From: Candidatus Eiseniibacteriota bacterium
GTDB lineage: Bacteria; Eisenbacteria; RBG-16-71-46; DASYSL01
Length of the DNA: 27,951 nucleotides
Direction: 5' to 3'
NCBI GenBank assembly: GCA_031431875.1
Contig: JANPEF010000025.1
Span: forward strand, 1 to 27,951
Shown: piece by piece, positions 17,902 through 27,040 of the stretch
Layout of the letters: each line of letters starts with the position of its first letter
Position numbering within the stretch: position 1 is the stretch's first letter
Notes under the pieces: generated by a model
What the model saw: the letters and a program-made list of their open reading frames with translations, nothing else
Databases searched by the model: none
What the model was told of the DNA's origin: nothing
Made by a program: the position numbers and the translations under genes

Positions 17902-18372
17902 TCATGGGTGGGCCGGGGCGGCGGCGAGCGCCGATCCCGCTCCTTCGAGGATGCGGACGAGGGCGCGCAGGCCCAGTTCGTAGCTCAGGGGACCGAACCC
18001 CTGCACCACGCCGACGGCCGCTCCCGCGGTGAACGAACGGCGCCGGAAACCCTCCCGGCGATGGAGATTGGACAGGTGCACCTCGACGGCGGGCAGGCCG
18101 ACCGCAGAGAGGCAGTCGCGCAGCGCAAGGCTCGTGTGGGTATACGCCCCGGGGTTGATCAGGATTCCCTGATATCGACCGACCGCGCCCTGGATGGCGT
18201 CAATCAGGCCGCCCTCGTGATTCGACTGGAAGAAGTCCGCCTGCACCCCGAGGTCGGCCGCGAGGCGCTCGAGCGTCGCCTCGATCTGGGCCAGCGTGAC
18301 GGTCCCGTAGATCTCCGGCTCGCGGGTGCCGAGCAGGTTGAGATTGGGGCCGTTGACGACCAGGATGCGCAC
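17902..18372 (-). CDS. aroQ: Type II 3-dehydroquinate dehydratase
   Basis: [52 protein letters not shown]. Confidence 0.97.
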   Translation of the reverse strand: MRILVVNGPNLNLLGTREPEIYGTVTLAQIEATLERLAADLGVQADFFQSNHEGGLIDAIQGAVGRYQGILINPGAYTHTSLALRDCLSAVGLPAVEVHLSNLHRREGFRRRSFTAGAAVGVVQGFGPLSYELGLRALVRILEGAGSALAAAPAHP

Positions 18373-18387
18373 GAGGACCTCCCGCCC

Positions 18388-19491
18388 TTAGGGATCGGCA
18401 CCGGTATCTTGCAGGGCCGCAAGAACTTGGGCGCGCGACAAGGGCTGGCCGAACCTAGCAACCCCCACCCCGGTTGTCAATACGAAACGGGGCACACCTC
18501 CGCTCGACTTCTTGTCCAAGCGCATGGCATCAAACACGTTACGGCCAGACAACCGGCGAAGCCGGGTGGGCAACCCGAGCGCGAGAAGCAGCCTCTCCTG
18601 CCGATCGCGAACGGAGGGCGACAACAGTCCCACCCGCACCGCCGCGTGCGCCGCCGCCATGATCCCGAGGGAGACGGCCTCCCCATGCAGCCACCGCTTG
18701 TACCCGCCCACGACCTCGAGCGCATGCCCGAACGTGTGACCATAATTGAGCAACTGCCGCACGCCTCCATCGCGCTCGTCGACGGCGACGACCTTCGCCT
18801 TGGCGCGCGCCGCGCGTGCAATGGCGACGGCAAGCGCCGCGCGAGCGGTAGGACCACCACCGGTGAGCGCCGCTGCATTGCGCTCGAGGTGGAGAACCAG
18901 CCCCCGATCGAGCGCGAAGCCGACCTTCACCGCTTCGGCCAAACCAGCCCGCACCTGGCGCATCGGCAGCGTCTCGAGCGTGCGCGGATCCGAGTAGATG
19001 AGCACGGCATGGTGGAACGCGCCGACCAGGTTCTTCCCCTGCGGAAGGTCGACGGCGACCTTGCCCCCGATGCTGGAGTCGAGCTGCGCGAGAACGGTCG
19101 TCGGCACGTGCACGAGCGGCACGCCCCGCAACCACGTTGCAGCGACGAAACCCGCGAGGTCGCCGATCATCCCCCCGCCCAGTGCGACGATGGGCCGTCC
19201 GCGCTCATGCCCTGCGTTTGCGAGGCGCGCATACAGCACCTGCGCCGCGGCGAGCGTCTTCGTCCGCTCTCCCGGTGGCAGCACGAGCGAGAGCCCGGGC
19301 TTGTAGCCCGCCGCCTTGAGCGAACGCCGGACCGTCGCGCCATAAAGACGATCGACGGTGCGGTCGGTAATCAGCGTGACGGAACCGGTGGATAGACGCG
19401 CCTGCTCGCGCATCCGACGACCGAGGCCTGAAAGCGCGCCCGTCGCGAGGCGGTCGAGAAGTCTCGGCGGCAGTTTCCGCGTTGGGCTCAC
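18388..19491 (-). CDS. aroB: 3-dehydroquinate synthase
   Basis: GERTKTL, ALGGGMIGDLAGFVAATWLRG, VPTTVLAQLDSSIGGKV, LLNYGHTFGHALE, HGEAV, DKK. Start GTG 19491 overlaps the upstream stop (GTGA). Confidence 0.93.
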   Translation of the reverse strand: MSPTRKLPPRLLDRLATGALSGLGRRMREQARLSTGSVTLITDRTVDRLYGATVRRSLKAAGYKPGLSLVLPPGERTKTLAAAQVLYARLANAGHERGRPIVALGGGMIGDLAGFVAATWLRGVPLVHVPTTVLAQLDSSIGGKVAVDLPQGKNLVGAFHHAVLIYSDPRTLETLPMRQVRAGLAEAVKVGFALDRGLVLHLERNAAALTGGGPTARAALAVAIARAARAKAKVVAVDERDGGVRQLLNYGHTFGHALEVVGGYKRWLHGEAVSLGIMAAAHAAVRVGLLSPSVRDRQERLLLALGLPTRLRRLSGRNVFDAMRLDKKSSGGVPRFVLTTGVGVARFGQPLSRAQVLAALQDTGADP

Positions 19492-21245
19492 TCCGGGCTT
19501 CCGGGCAGGACGACGAGTTTTTTCTCGGTGCGCTGGTCCGACCCATCGAGTCGGACGAAGTAGATCCCCGCGGACACCGGACGACCGCGTTGGTCGCGCC
19601 GATCCCAGCGAAGGGATCGAACTTCCCCGCCGCTGTCGGCCGCCGAGAGGCGGCGCACGGTGCGCCCGCGCACGTCCTGGATCAAGATGGACGCCGTCGC
19701 CAGGGGGCCAGGTGCGTACCGGATCGTGCACGCCGACTTGAGCGGATTCGGAAAGACCTCCACCCACGCCGCGCCGGCAGCCCCGAGTTCCTCGACACCG
19801 ACGGTGGAAGCCAGTTCGCCGCCCGGTCCGACCCGCTGGAGGTAGATGTCTTCCTGCCCATCCCGTCGCTCCTGCCACACCACGAGCGCACCGCGCCCGA
19901 GGTCGGTGACCACGCGAGGATGCACCTTTTGCGTCGGAGCGGCCGAGAGCAGGACTCCGCCGGAGGGCCAACCAGCGGGGACGCCATTGAAGCTCGAGAC
20001 ACGCTGCACATGGATGGTTCCCGTCTCGATTTCCCCGACAGGCACTCCGGGCTGCCGCCAGGTGATGTACACACCGCCTTCGCGATCCCGCGCGAGCGAT
20101 GGGTCTTCCTGGGCAAGGACCCCGGGAGCGACCGCAAGTCCGTCCTGCGGCGCGGGCGAAGCATTCGTGAACCAGGACGAATAGACCTGGGCAGTACCCG
20201 TCCGCTGGTCTTCCCACGCGAGGGCGCCGCCCACGTCGGCATCCGCGACTGCGATCGCATTCGCCTGACGCCCCGGCGCCGCGCAGACCGTCGCGCCCCA
20301 ATCCGGGACTCCGTCCTCACCGATGCCTTCGCCATGCAAGTCCGCCAGCGGAGAGCAACTGCTGCACACGCCGAGGGTGTCCTGCCAGGTGACGAAGACG
20401 CCACCCGAAGGACGCGCGGTGACCGTGGGTTCGACCTGTGCCCGTCCTTGCGCGTCCGCGAAGACCCTCAATCCGGTCAAGGGCCATCCGGGTCTGGTCG
20501 CTCCGAGAGTGTCGACATGACTGACGAAGACGGCGTCGGTGCCGAACTGTCCGTCCACCCATCGACTGTTCCACGAGAAGTACGCGTTGCCGAGGCCGTC
20601 CGATGCGACCGCCGGGTTCCACGCCTGGAGCTCGGCGATTCGACGCCCCGTCGTTCCCCATCCGATGGCGCCGCCGACCGGAGTGAGGCGCCGGGCATAG
20701 ATTGCGTCCACGTTCTCGCGCAGGTCCTTCCACGCCACGTAAACACCCCCAATACCGTCGGCGACCGCTACAAGTCCGGTCTGGTTCCCCACGGCCTTGC
20801 ACACCGCAAACCCGGTATCCGGCCAGCCTGGCGCGGACAGTCCGGAGCCGAGCATCCGGCGCGCGTAGATGTCCCAGTTTCCATTCCGAAAGTCTTCCCA
20901 GGCGACGTAGAAGCCTCCCGTCTTGTCCGGGATCAACCACGGATTTCGCTGGTCCTCGCGGACGCCGCAGATGGGAAGGCCGTTCAATGGCCAGCCCGGG
21001 CTGATCTCACCCCAGAGGTAACGCTGCGCATAGATGTCCGCGCCGCTCTGCGGACCTCGATGATCCTCCCAGGCGACGATCGCCTGACCCTCCAGATCCA
21101 GTGCGATGACCGGTGCCCGTTGGTCCCCGGGCGCAGCGCAGACGGGGAGACCGTCCGGCAGCCACTGAGCGGTCGCAGGCTCGGCACGACCGAGCAGGAG
21201 CAGGAGGGCGGCAAACACATACCCGTGGCGCGGACTCCGATGCAT
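19488..21245 (-). CDS. Secreted repeat (probable beta-propeller) protein with C-terminal T9SS type-A/FlgD-Ig-like domain
   Basis: Signal peptide ending ATA|Q; eight repeats of about 55-60 aa (W..G..V......Q..P....DG.GG..V.W.D.R....DIY.QR); C-terminus VFPNP...I.DVRGRTVRRL...WD.RD.RG.PVSAGIYFVRL...KKLVVL; GGAGG SD. Confidence 0.82.
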   Translation of the reverse strand: MHRSPRHGYVFAALLLLLGRAEPATAQWLPDGLPVCAAPGDQRAPVIALDLEGQAIVAWEDHRGPQSGADIYAQRYLWGEISPGWPLNGLPICGVREDQRNPWLIPDKTGGFYVAWEDFRNGNWDIYARRMLGSGLSAPGWPDTGFAVCKAVGNQTGLVAVADGIGGVYVAWKDLRENVDAIYARRLTPVGGAIGWGTTGRRIAELQAWNPAVASDGLGNAYFSWNSRWVDGQFGTDAVFVSHVDTLGATRPGWPLTGLRVFADAQGRAQVEPTVTARPSGGVFVTWQDTLGVCSSCSPLADLHGEGIGEDGVPDWGATVCAAPGRQANAIAVADADVGGALAWEDQRTGTAQVYSSWFTNASPAPQDGLAVAPGVLAQEDPSLARDREGGVYITWRQPGVPVGEIETGTIHVQRVSSFNGVPAGWPSGGVLLSAAPTQKVHPRVVTDLGRGALVVWQERRDGQEDIYLQRVGPGGELASTVGVEELGAAGAAWVEVFPNPLKSACTIRYAPGPLATASILIQDVRGRTVRRLSAADSGGEVRSLRWDRRDQRGRPVSAGIYFVRLDGSDQRTEKKLVVLPGSPE

Positions 21246-21288
21246 GGTGTTCCTCCGGACGCCCGGGGACGATACGCCCCCGGAGGCC

Positions 21289-21765
21289 TCACTTCTGCAG
21301 ATGCGCTTCGACGAACCAGAGGTACTTGTCGGTGTCGCGGGAGATGCCGGTGAAGAGGTCGGCGGTGTCCTTGTCGCCGAGCTTGTCGGAGCGTTCGATC
21401 GCGTCGCGGACCTGTTCGCCGAAGTTCGCGAGCGCTTGGGCGATCCGTTCGACGTGTTCGCGGCCGTCCTTCACGTTGAGGGCGTAGGGCGGAAGCGTGG
21501 TCGCCTTCGCGACGGCGGCGACGGTGCCCTCGGCGGTGCCGCCCAGGGCGACGGCGCGCTCGGCGAGCTCGTCGACGGCCGCCTCGGCGGTCTCGGCCAC
21601 CTTGTCGAACAGCTCGTGGAGCTGGAAGAAGGTCGGGCCCTTCACGTTCCAGTGCGCCTGCTTCGCTTGCATGTTGAGGTCGATCGCATCGGCGAGGCGG
21701 GCGTTCAGCAGTGCGATGACTTCCTTGCGAACCTTGAGCGGCAGGTCGTTGCGGGTGGGGTTCAT
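21289..21765 (-). CDS. dps: DNA starvation/stationary phase protection protein Dps
   Basis: KQAHWNVKGPTFFQLHELFD, DELAERAVALGG, DTADLFT.ISR..DK.LWFVEAH; GGAGGA SD. Confidence 0.97.
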   Translation of the reverse strand: MNPTRNDLPLKVRKEVIALLNARLADAIDLNMQAKQAHWNVKGPTFFQLHELFDKVAETAEAAVDELAERAVALGGTAEGTVAAVAKATTLPPYALNVKDGREHVERIAQALANFGEQVRDAIERSDKLGDKDTADLFTGISRDTDKYLWFVEAHLQK

Positions 21766-21816
21766 CGTTCCTCCGTGATCATCGAATCATCCGGTGCGGC
21801 GACTCGGAAGTGCCCG

Positions 21817-21827
21817 CAGCCTACCAC
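21817..21827 (-). promoter_or_regulatory. Possible extended -10 promoter for dps
   Basis: TG-G-TAGGCT on the minus strand about 50 nt upstream of the dps start; no clear -35. Confidence 0.4.
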
Positions 21828-21861
21828 GGAGGTCCAACGGGTGCCTCGGGGGTCGTGCCGC

Positions 21862-23049
21862 TCAGCCGCCGGTTTTGGCCCGGCTGCTCGAGTCGGGCGC
21901 GCCGGGCGTCTTCGCACGGAGCGCGCGCACGCGCTCGAGGAGCTCGTCGTGCGACTTCACGTCGCGCAGCGAGTCTTCGCCGCTGGTCGCGCCGGCTCCG
22001 GCGGGCGTGGCGAGCAGTTCGTCGTCGGGACGCGCGCCGACGACGAGCTTGCCCTCGCGGCGCTCGTCGTTCCGTACCCACACGAGCGGGATGATCGTTC
22101 CCGGCGGGCTGCCTTCGACGCGGCGCATCAGGTCCTCGGGGCTCTGCAGGGTCTCGCCGCCCCAGCCGACGACCAGGTCGCCGGCGCGCAGGTCGATCCG
22201 GGCGGCGGGGCTGCCGGGCAGCACGTCCTCGACGCGCACGCCGACCTTGAACGGCGTCCCCGGGCGCTCCGCATCGACGATCTCGCCCTGCACCATGCGC
22301 ACGCCGAGGAAGCCGCGGCGCACGACGCCGTAGTTCTCGAGGTGGGTGATCAGCGTGCGGAGGTCGTCGGCGTGCACGGCGAACGTCGCGGAACCGGCGC
22401 TCGGAGCGTCGGCCCAGTCGGGCGGCGCCTCGTCGAGGCGGCCGATCACCATGCCCAGCAGTTCGCCGCGCGCATTGAGCGCGGCGCCGCCGCTCGAGCC
22501 GGGATAGACGTCGTTGGAGAGCAGCAAGAGCGAGCCCAGCGGCTTCGTGTAGACGCGGCGCACCGCGCCGTAGCTGATGCGCGGGTTCTTCCCCACGCCC
22601 GAACCGACGGCCGACACCGGGTTTCCCACCGGGTCCGCGCCCGCCGGCGCCAGCTTGAGCGCGATCAGGTCCGTGGCCGGGATCGACAGCAGTGCGACGT
22701 CCGAGTCCTCGTCGATGCCCAGGAGCATGGCCGGAAGCTCGCGGCCGTCGTCGAGGCGCACGGCGATTGCGTCGCAATCGCGCACGGCCGAGGCGACGGT
22801 GAGAATGCGACCGCGCGCGTCGATCACGATTCCGGAGGCCAGGCTGCGCGGGCGGCGGGCCCGGCCGTCGGGGTCCTTCTGCAGGCTCTCGTGCGAGCGT
22901 ACGCCGAGAACGGTGACCACCGACTGGAGTGCTCCGATGCTCGCCTGCGCGAGGTCGTCGGGCGGGGTGGCCGCATGCGTCGAAGCCGCGCCCCCGGCCG
23001 TCGTCAGCACGACGGCAAGAAGCGCGGCCCCGAGGAAGCGACGGAGCAT
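21862..23049 (-). CDS. HtrA/DegS-like (S1C) trypsin-fold plus PDZ protein, catalytic His replaced
   Basis: Signal peptide, ASGIVID..G.ILTVASAV, DSDVALL, PGSSGGAALN..GELLG, PDZ (RRGFLGV..., VLPGSPAARIDLRAGDLVV). Start ATG 23049. Confidence 0.85.
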   Translation of the reverse strand: MLRRFLGAALLAVVLTTAGGAASTHAATPPDDLAQASIGALQSVVTVLGVRSHESLQKDPDGRARRPRSLASGIVIDARGRILTVASAVRDCDAIAVRLDDGRELPAMLLGIDEDSDVALLSIPATDLIALKLAPAGADPVGNPVSAVGSGVGKNPRISYGAVRRVYTKPLGSLLLLSNDVYPGSSGGAALNARGELLGMVIGRLDEAPPDWADAPSAGSATFAVHADDLRTLITHLENYGVVRRGFLGVRMVQGEIVDAERPGTPFKVGVRVEDVLPGSPAARIDLRAGDLVVGWGGETLQSPEDLMRRVEGSPPGTIIPLVWVRNDERREGKLVVGARPDDELLATPAGAGATSGEDSLRDVKSHDELLERVRALRAKTPGAPDSSSRAKTGG

Positions 23050-23051
23050 GA

Positions 23052-23741
23052 TCAGAACGTGATGCTGGCGGCTTCGCCCCGCACCGACGTCGGCGTGTAG
23101 CCGCGTCCGCGCTCGTGCCGGAGCTTGACGGGATCGAGCACGAGCTCGACATCGGCGGTGTGGTCGAACAGGCTGTCCGGGATCATCGGCGCCGCGGCGA
23201 GCGCGGAGTTCGTCGGCGCCGGTGCGCGGCGCGCAGGCGTGCTCACTTCGCGACGCGGCGTCGGTTCGACAGCCGCTGCGATCGTCACAGGTGCCGCAGG
23301 ACTCGGGGCCGGGACCGCAAGGACCGGGGCTTCGATTACCTTCGGCTGCAGAGTCGCGACCGTAGGCGCGGGATTCGTCGTCACCGGGCCGCGCATCAGG
23401 AACGCGCTGATGCCGAGTGCCACGACGAACGTCGCGGCGAGCGCCATGGCCGGGCGGCCGAAGCCGATCTCGAACGAAGGGAACGCGAAGATGCGGCGCT
23501 TCGCCGGCGCCTCGCTCTCGCGACGCAGGGCCTCGGCGAGGACCCGCGTGGCGAAGTCGTCGCTCACGGCCGGACGCGGCAGCGCCTGCACCAGCTCGAG
23601 GGTGCGGGCCAGCTCGTCGTACTCGCGACGGCAGCCTCCGCAATCCTTCATGTGCAGTTCGAGGCCGTCGCGCTCGGCGGCGGTGAGTTCGTCGTCCCAG
23701 GCGCGACCGAAGAGGGACTGCGCACGTTCGCAAGCGATCAT
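23052..23741 (-). CDS. Membrane-anchored zinc-finger (zf-HC2/ZAS) anti-sigma factor
   Basis: N-terminal C, then HMKDCGGC (HxxxCxxC), one TM helix, Pro/Ala-rich extracytoplasmic tail; overlaps the ECF stop (ATGA). Confidence 0.88.
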   Translation of the reverse strand: MIACERAQSLFGRAWDDELTAAERDGLELHMKDCGGCRREYDELARTLELVQALPRPAVSDDFATRVLAEALRRESEAPAKRRIFAFPSFEIGFGRPAMALAATFVVALGISAFLMRGPVTTNPAPTVATLQPKVIEAPVLAVPAPSPAAPVTIAAAVEPTPRREVSTPARRAPAPTNSALAAAPMIPDSLFDHTADVELVLDPVKLRHERGRGYTPTSVRGEAASITF

Positions 23742-24364
23742 TCGAGGGCTTCCCGGCGGAGCATCGGCTCCAGTTTGCGTTTCAGCATGAGCCGGGCGCG
23801 ATTGATGCGCGAACGCACCGTGCCGCCCGGAATCTTCAGAATCTGCCCGATCTCCTCGTACGCCAGCCCGTCGATGTCGCGCAGCACCAGCGCCACGCGG
23901 TACCGCTCGGGCAACGTCGCGATGGCCGCCCCGACCAGCCCGGACAACTGCGCCCGTTCGAGGTCCACCTCCTTGTTCGCCTTGGGATCCGCGAACTGCA
24001 TGGAGGCGTCCTGCAGGTTCTCCTGCATCTCGTCGAGGCTCGTCCAGTTCTTGCGCCGCTTGCGGCGGCGGATCTCGTTCTTGGCCAGGTTGGCTGCGAT
24101 GGTGAACAGCCAGGTCGAGAACTTCGATCCCGTCCGGTAGTTCCTGCGATGCAGGTGCACCCGAACGAACACTTCCTGGGCCAGGTCCTCCGACACGATG
24201 CGATCGTTCAGCAGGCGACTGACGAGGTGCATGACACGCGACTGGTAGCGCCGCACCAGCTCCGTGAACGCCTTCGTGTCGTCCGTCGCCGCCTTCGCCA
24301 TCAGGTCCTCGTCCGACAAGGACAGGATCGGGGCGGGCGGGTCGGGCCGTGGATCAGGCGTCAT
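23738..24364 (-). CDS. ECF sigma-70 family factor (RpoE/SigW-like)
   Basis: SDEDLM, AFTELVRRYQ, EDLAQEVF, KFSTWLFTIA.N, LPERYRVALVLRDIDGLAYEEI...GTVRSRINRAR. Confidence 0.95.
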   Translation of the reverse strand: MTPDPRPDPPAPILSLSDEDLMAKAATDDTKAFTELVRRYQSRVMHLVSRLLNDRIVSEDLAQEVFVRVHLHRRNYRTGSKFSTWLFTIAANLAKNEIRRRKRRKNWTSLDEMQENLQDASMQFADPKANKEVDLERAQLSGLVGAAIATLPERYRVALVLRDIDGLAYEEIGQILKIPGGTVRSRINRARLMLKRKLEPMLRREALE

Positions 24365-24386
24365 GGCCGGCCTCGTCGGAGCGTGG

Positions 24387-24412
24387 TACTCCCCCGTCCC
24401 ACGAGGGGTTCC
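24387..24412 (-). promoter_or_regulatory. Putative ECF autoregulatory promoter
   Basis: GGAACC (24412-24407)-N16-AGTA (24390-24387), similar to the AAC/CGT-type ECF consensus. Confidence 0.5.
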
Positions 24413-24436
24413 CGCGGAATTGACGGCCCCGCGGGC

Positions 24437-26167
24437 TCAGCGGACCTCCTTGAGCCGGCGGGTCAAGTCATCGCTCGTGGGATCGAGCTGTAACCCCTTC
24501 TCGTACTGCGACTTGGCGTCGGCGGTCCGGCCCAGGGCGCGGTACACGTCGCCCAGGTGGGCATGGATTTCGGGGTGCCCCCCGGACAGTTCGAGGGCCT
24601 TCTCGAGGTGGGTCCTGGCCTCCTCGAGCCGGCCCTGACGGTAATAGAGCCAGCCCAGCGAGTCGATGTAGTGCGGATTCCGGGGGTCGGCTGCGATCGC
24701 TCCCTGGATCAGGGGCTCGGCCTCGGCCAGCTTCACGTTGGCATCGGCGAAGAGGTAGCCGAGGAAGTTCAGGTACTCCGGGTTCTTGGGATCGATCGCC
24801 AGCGCCTTGCGCGCCGCGGCCTCGGCGGCGGGGATGTCCTTCTGCCGCTCGTGTGCGAACGCCAGCTCGAGCCACAGCGCACCTTCCCGCGGCGCGAGCT
24901 TGATCGCGCCGTTGAGCTCGGCCTCGGCCTCGTCGTAGCGACGCGTGCGCGAGTACGAGCGGGCGACCGCGACGTGCGCCGACAACGAGTCGGGCCGCAC
25001 TTTCACGGCCGTCGCGTAGCGCTTGTCGGCCTCGGAGGCGCCCTTGCCGTCGGCCTCCTTGGCCGCCCACGCCTCGGCGGCGAGGAGCCACACGCGGAAG
25101 TCGCCTGGCGCTTCCTTGGTGAGCGCGTCGGCCTGCTTGCGCGCCTCGCCCTCCTTGCCGGTGAACGCGAGCACGTTGATCGCCAGGGCCCCCGCCTCGA
25201 TGTCGCCGGGGTTGCTCGTGCGCAGCGAGCGCGCGATCGCGGCGGCCTCCTCGTTCTTCCCCTCCTGCATGTCGAGCGCGATGAGCAGGCGCGCGACATC
25301 GAGATCGCGCGGCTCGCTGCGCAGCACCAGCTGGGCCTCGCGGCGCACACCCACGCGGTCGTCCATGCGCGCGTAGACCTGGAGCAGTTGCCGGCGCACG
25401 CGCATGTCGGCCGGGAACTGCCCCAGGTGCGCCTCGTAGGCGCGCGCGGCGTCGGGGTAGCGCTCCTGGCGCTCGGCGATCCAGCCGCGCGTCGCAGCGA
25501 CGCCGGGCAGGCGCGGCGCGACGTCTTCCACCTGGTCGAGCAGGCTGTCGGCCGCACCGTAGTGACCCAGCCGCGCTTCCTGCCCGGCCAACCGCCACGC
25601 CGTCTCGATGTCGGTCGGCGCGATCGCCCAGGCGCGGCGCAGCGCCTCGGCGGCGCCCTCCCCGTCGCCGGTCTCCTCGCGCGCGCGGCCCAGGCCCAGC
25701 CACGCGGCGGCCTGCGTCGAGTCCTCGCGCGTGGCGCGCTCGAACTCGTCGAGCGATTCGCGGACCAGGCCCATCGAGGCAAGCGCGTTCCCCGCGAGCA
25801 GGCGCGCGCGCCCGGTCGTGTCGCCGAGCGCGGTCGCGCGGCGCGCGAAGTCGAGCGTCGCCGAGGGGTTGTGGGCCTGCAACGAAAGGTCGGCGAGCTT
25901 GACGGCCAGGTCGGGGGCGGACGGATCGAATGCAAACGCACGGCCGACCTCTTCGATGGCGCCAGCAAGGTCGCCCTCGTTCTCGAGCATGACGCCCTGG
26001 AGGTAATGACGGAGCGAGGCTTCCTGCGCGGCGGCGGCGATGGCGCGCGGCTCGGGTGCGGCGGACTTCGAGCGTGTCTGCGCGTTGGCCGCCGGCGAGG
26101 TGGCGGCGAACGCGAGGGCGAATACGATCGCGGTCACAATCGGCTGGAATCGGGCGTGGAGAGTCAT
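24437..26167 (-). CDS. Exported tetratricopeptide-repeat protein
   Basis: Signal peptide ending ANA|Q; many TPR units; C-terminal LNFLGYLFAD...DSLGWLYYRQG...HLGDVY typical of periplasmic TPR proteins. Start ATG 26167 preferred (GTG 26176 lies within the -10 box). Confidence 0.88.
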   Translation of the reverse strand: MTLHARFQPIVTAIVFALAFAATSPAANAQTRSKSAAPEPRAIAAAAQEASLRHYLQGVMLENEGDLAGAIEEVGRAFAFDPSAPDLAVKLADLSLQAHNPSATLDFARRATALGDTTGRARLLAGNALASMGLVRESLDEFERATREDSTQAAAWLGLGRAREETGDGEGAAEALRRAWAIAPTDIETAWRLAGQEARLGHYGAADSLLDQVEDVAPRLPGVAATRGWIAERQERYPDAARAYEAHLGQFPADMRVRRQLLQVYARMDDRVGVRREAQLVLRSEPRDLDVARLLIALDMQEGKNEEAAAIARSLRTSNPGDIEAGALAINVLAFTGKEGEARKQADALTKEAPGDFRVWLLAAEAWAAKEADGKGASEADKRYATAVKVRPDSLSAHVAVARSYSRTRRYDEAEAELNGAIKLAPREGALWLELAFAHERQKDIPAAEAAARKALAIDPKNPEYLNFLGYLFADANVKLAEAEPLIQGAIAADPRNPHYIDSLGWLYYRQGRLEEARTHLEKALELSGGHPEIHAHLGDVYRALGRTADAKSQYEKGLQLDPTSDDLTRRLKEVR

Positions 26168-26174
26168 TGCTTTC

Positions 26175-26183
26175 ACTCTAGCA
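26175..26183 (-). promoter_or_regulatory. Extended -10 promoter, probably leaderless TPR gene
   Basis: TG-C-TAGAGT (26183-26175) exactly 7 nt before ATG 26167; no SD. Confidence 0.55.
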
Positions 26184-26203
26184 CGAGGCTGGGTTTGAGC
26201 TGT

Positions 26204-27040
26204 CTACGTGCGTCGAGGGTCGAGCAGGTCGCGCAGGGCGTCGCCCACCAGGTTGAACCCCAGCACGGCGAGGAACACCGCGACGCCGGGCGCGGTCAGC
26301 ACCCACGGGGCGACCAGGACCAGTTCGCGGCCCTGCGACAGCATCGAGCCCCACTCGGGCAACGGCGGCTGGGCGCCGAGGCCGAGGAACGACAGCCCCG
26401 CCGCATCGAGAATCGCCGTCGCCAGGCCCAGGCTCGCCGTGACGATGATCGGCCCGGCGACGTTGGGCAGGATCGCCCGGGCGAGAATGCGCGGGTCGGC
26501 CGCCCCCAGCGCGCGCGAGGCCTGCACGTATTCGAGCCCGCGCACCGACAGCACCGAGGCGCGCACGATCCGTGCGTACTGCGGCACCGCCATGATGCCG
26601 ACCGCGATCATCGCGTTGTTCAAGGACGGTCCGAGGATCGCCACGACGACGATCGCCATCAGGATCGACGGGAATGCGAGCATGAGGTCCATGACACGCA
26701 TGGCGATCAGGTCGAACCAGCCGCCGTAGTAGCCGGCGAGCAGGCCGAGCGTGCCGCCGAACAGCAGCGCCACCGCGACCGCCACGAGACCCAGCCGCAA
26801 CGACACGCGCGAGCCGTGAAGCACGCGCGAGAGCACGTCGCGCCCGAAGTCGTCGGTGCCCAGCCAGTGCGCGGACGAGGGCGCCTCGAGGCGATGCGTC
26901 AGGTCCTGCGCGAGGGGATCGTACGGCGCGATCACGTCGGCGCTGATCGCCATGACCCCGAACAGCAGCACGAGGACGGCGCCGATCACGGCCCCGCGAT
27001 GGCGCAGGAACAGGCGCAATGCGCGGCGGGTCTCGCTCAT
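26204..27040 (-). CDS. dppC: Dipeptide/oligopeptide/nickel ABC permease, DppC/OppC type
   Basis: HWLGTDDFGRDVLSRVLHGSRVSL, EYVQASRALGA EAA loop, LSFLGLGAQPP.PEWG, NLVGDALRDLLDPR. Start ATG 27040 overlaps the dppB stop. Confidence 0.9.
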   Translation of the reverse strand: MSETRRALRLFLRHRGAVIGAVLVLLFGVMAISADVIAPYDPLAQDLTHRLEAPSSAHWLGTDDFGRDVLSRVLHGSRVSLRLGLVAVAVALLFGGTLGLLAGYYGGWFDLIAMRVMDLMLAFPSILMAIVVVAILGPSLNNAMIAVGIMAVPQYARIVRASVLSVRGLEYVQASRALGAADPRILARAILPNVAGPIIVTASLGLATAILDAAGLSFLGLGAQPPLPEWGSMLSQGRELVLVAPWVLTAPGVAVFLAVLGFNLVGDALRDLLDPRRT

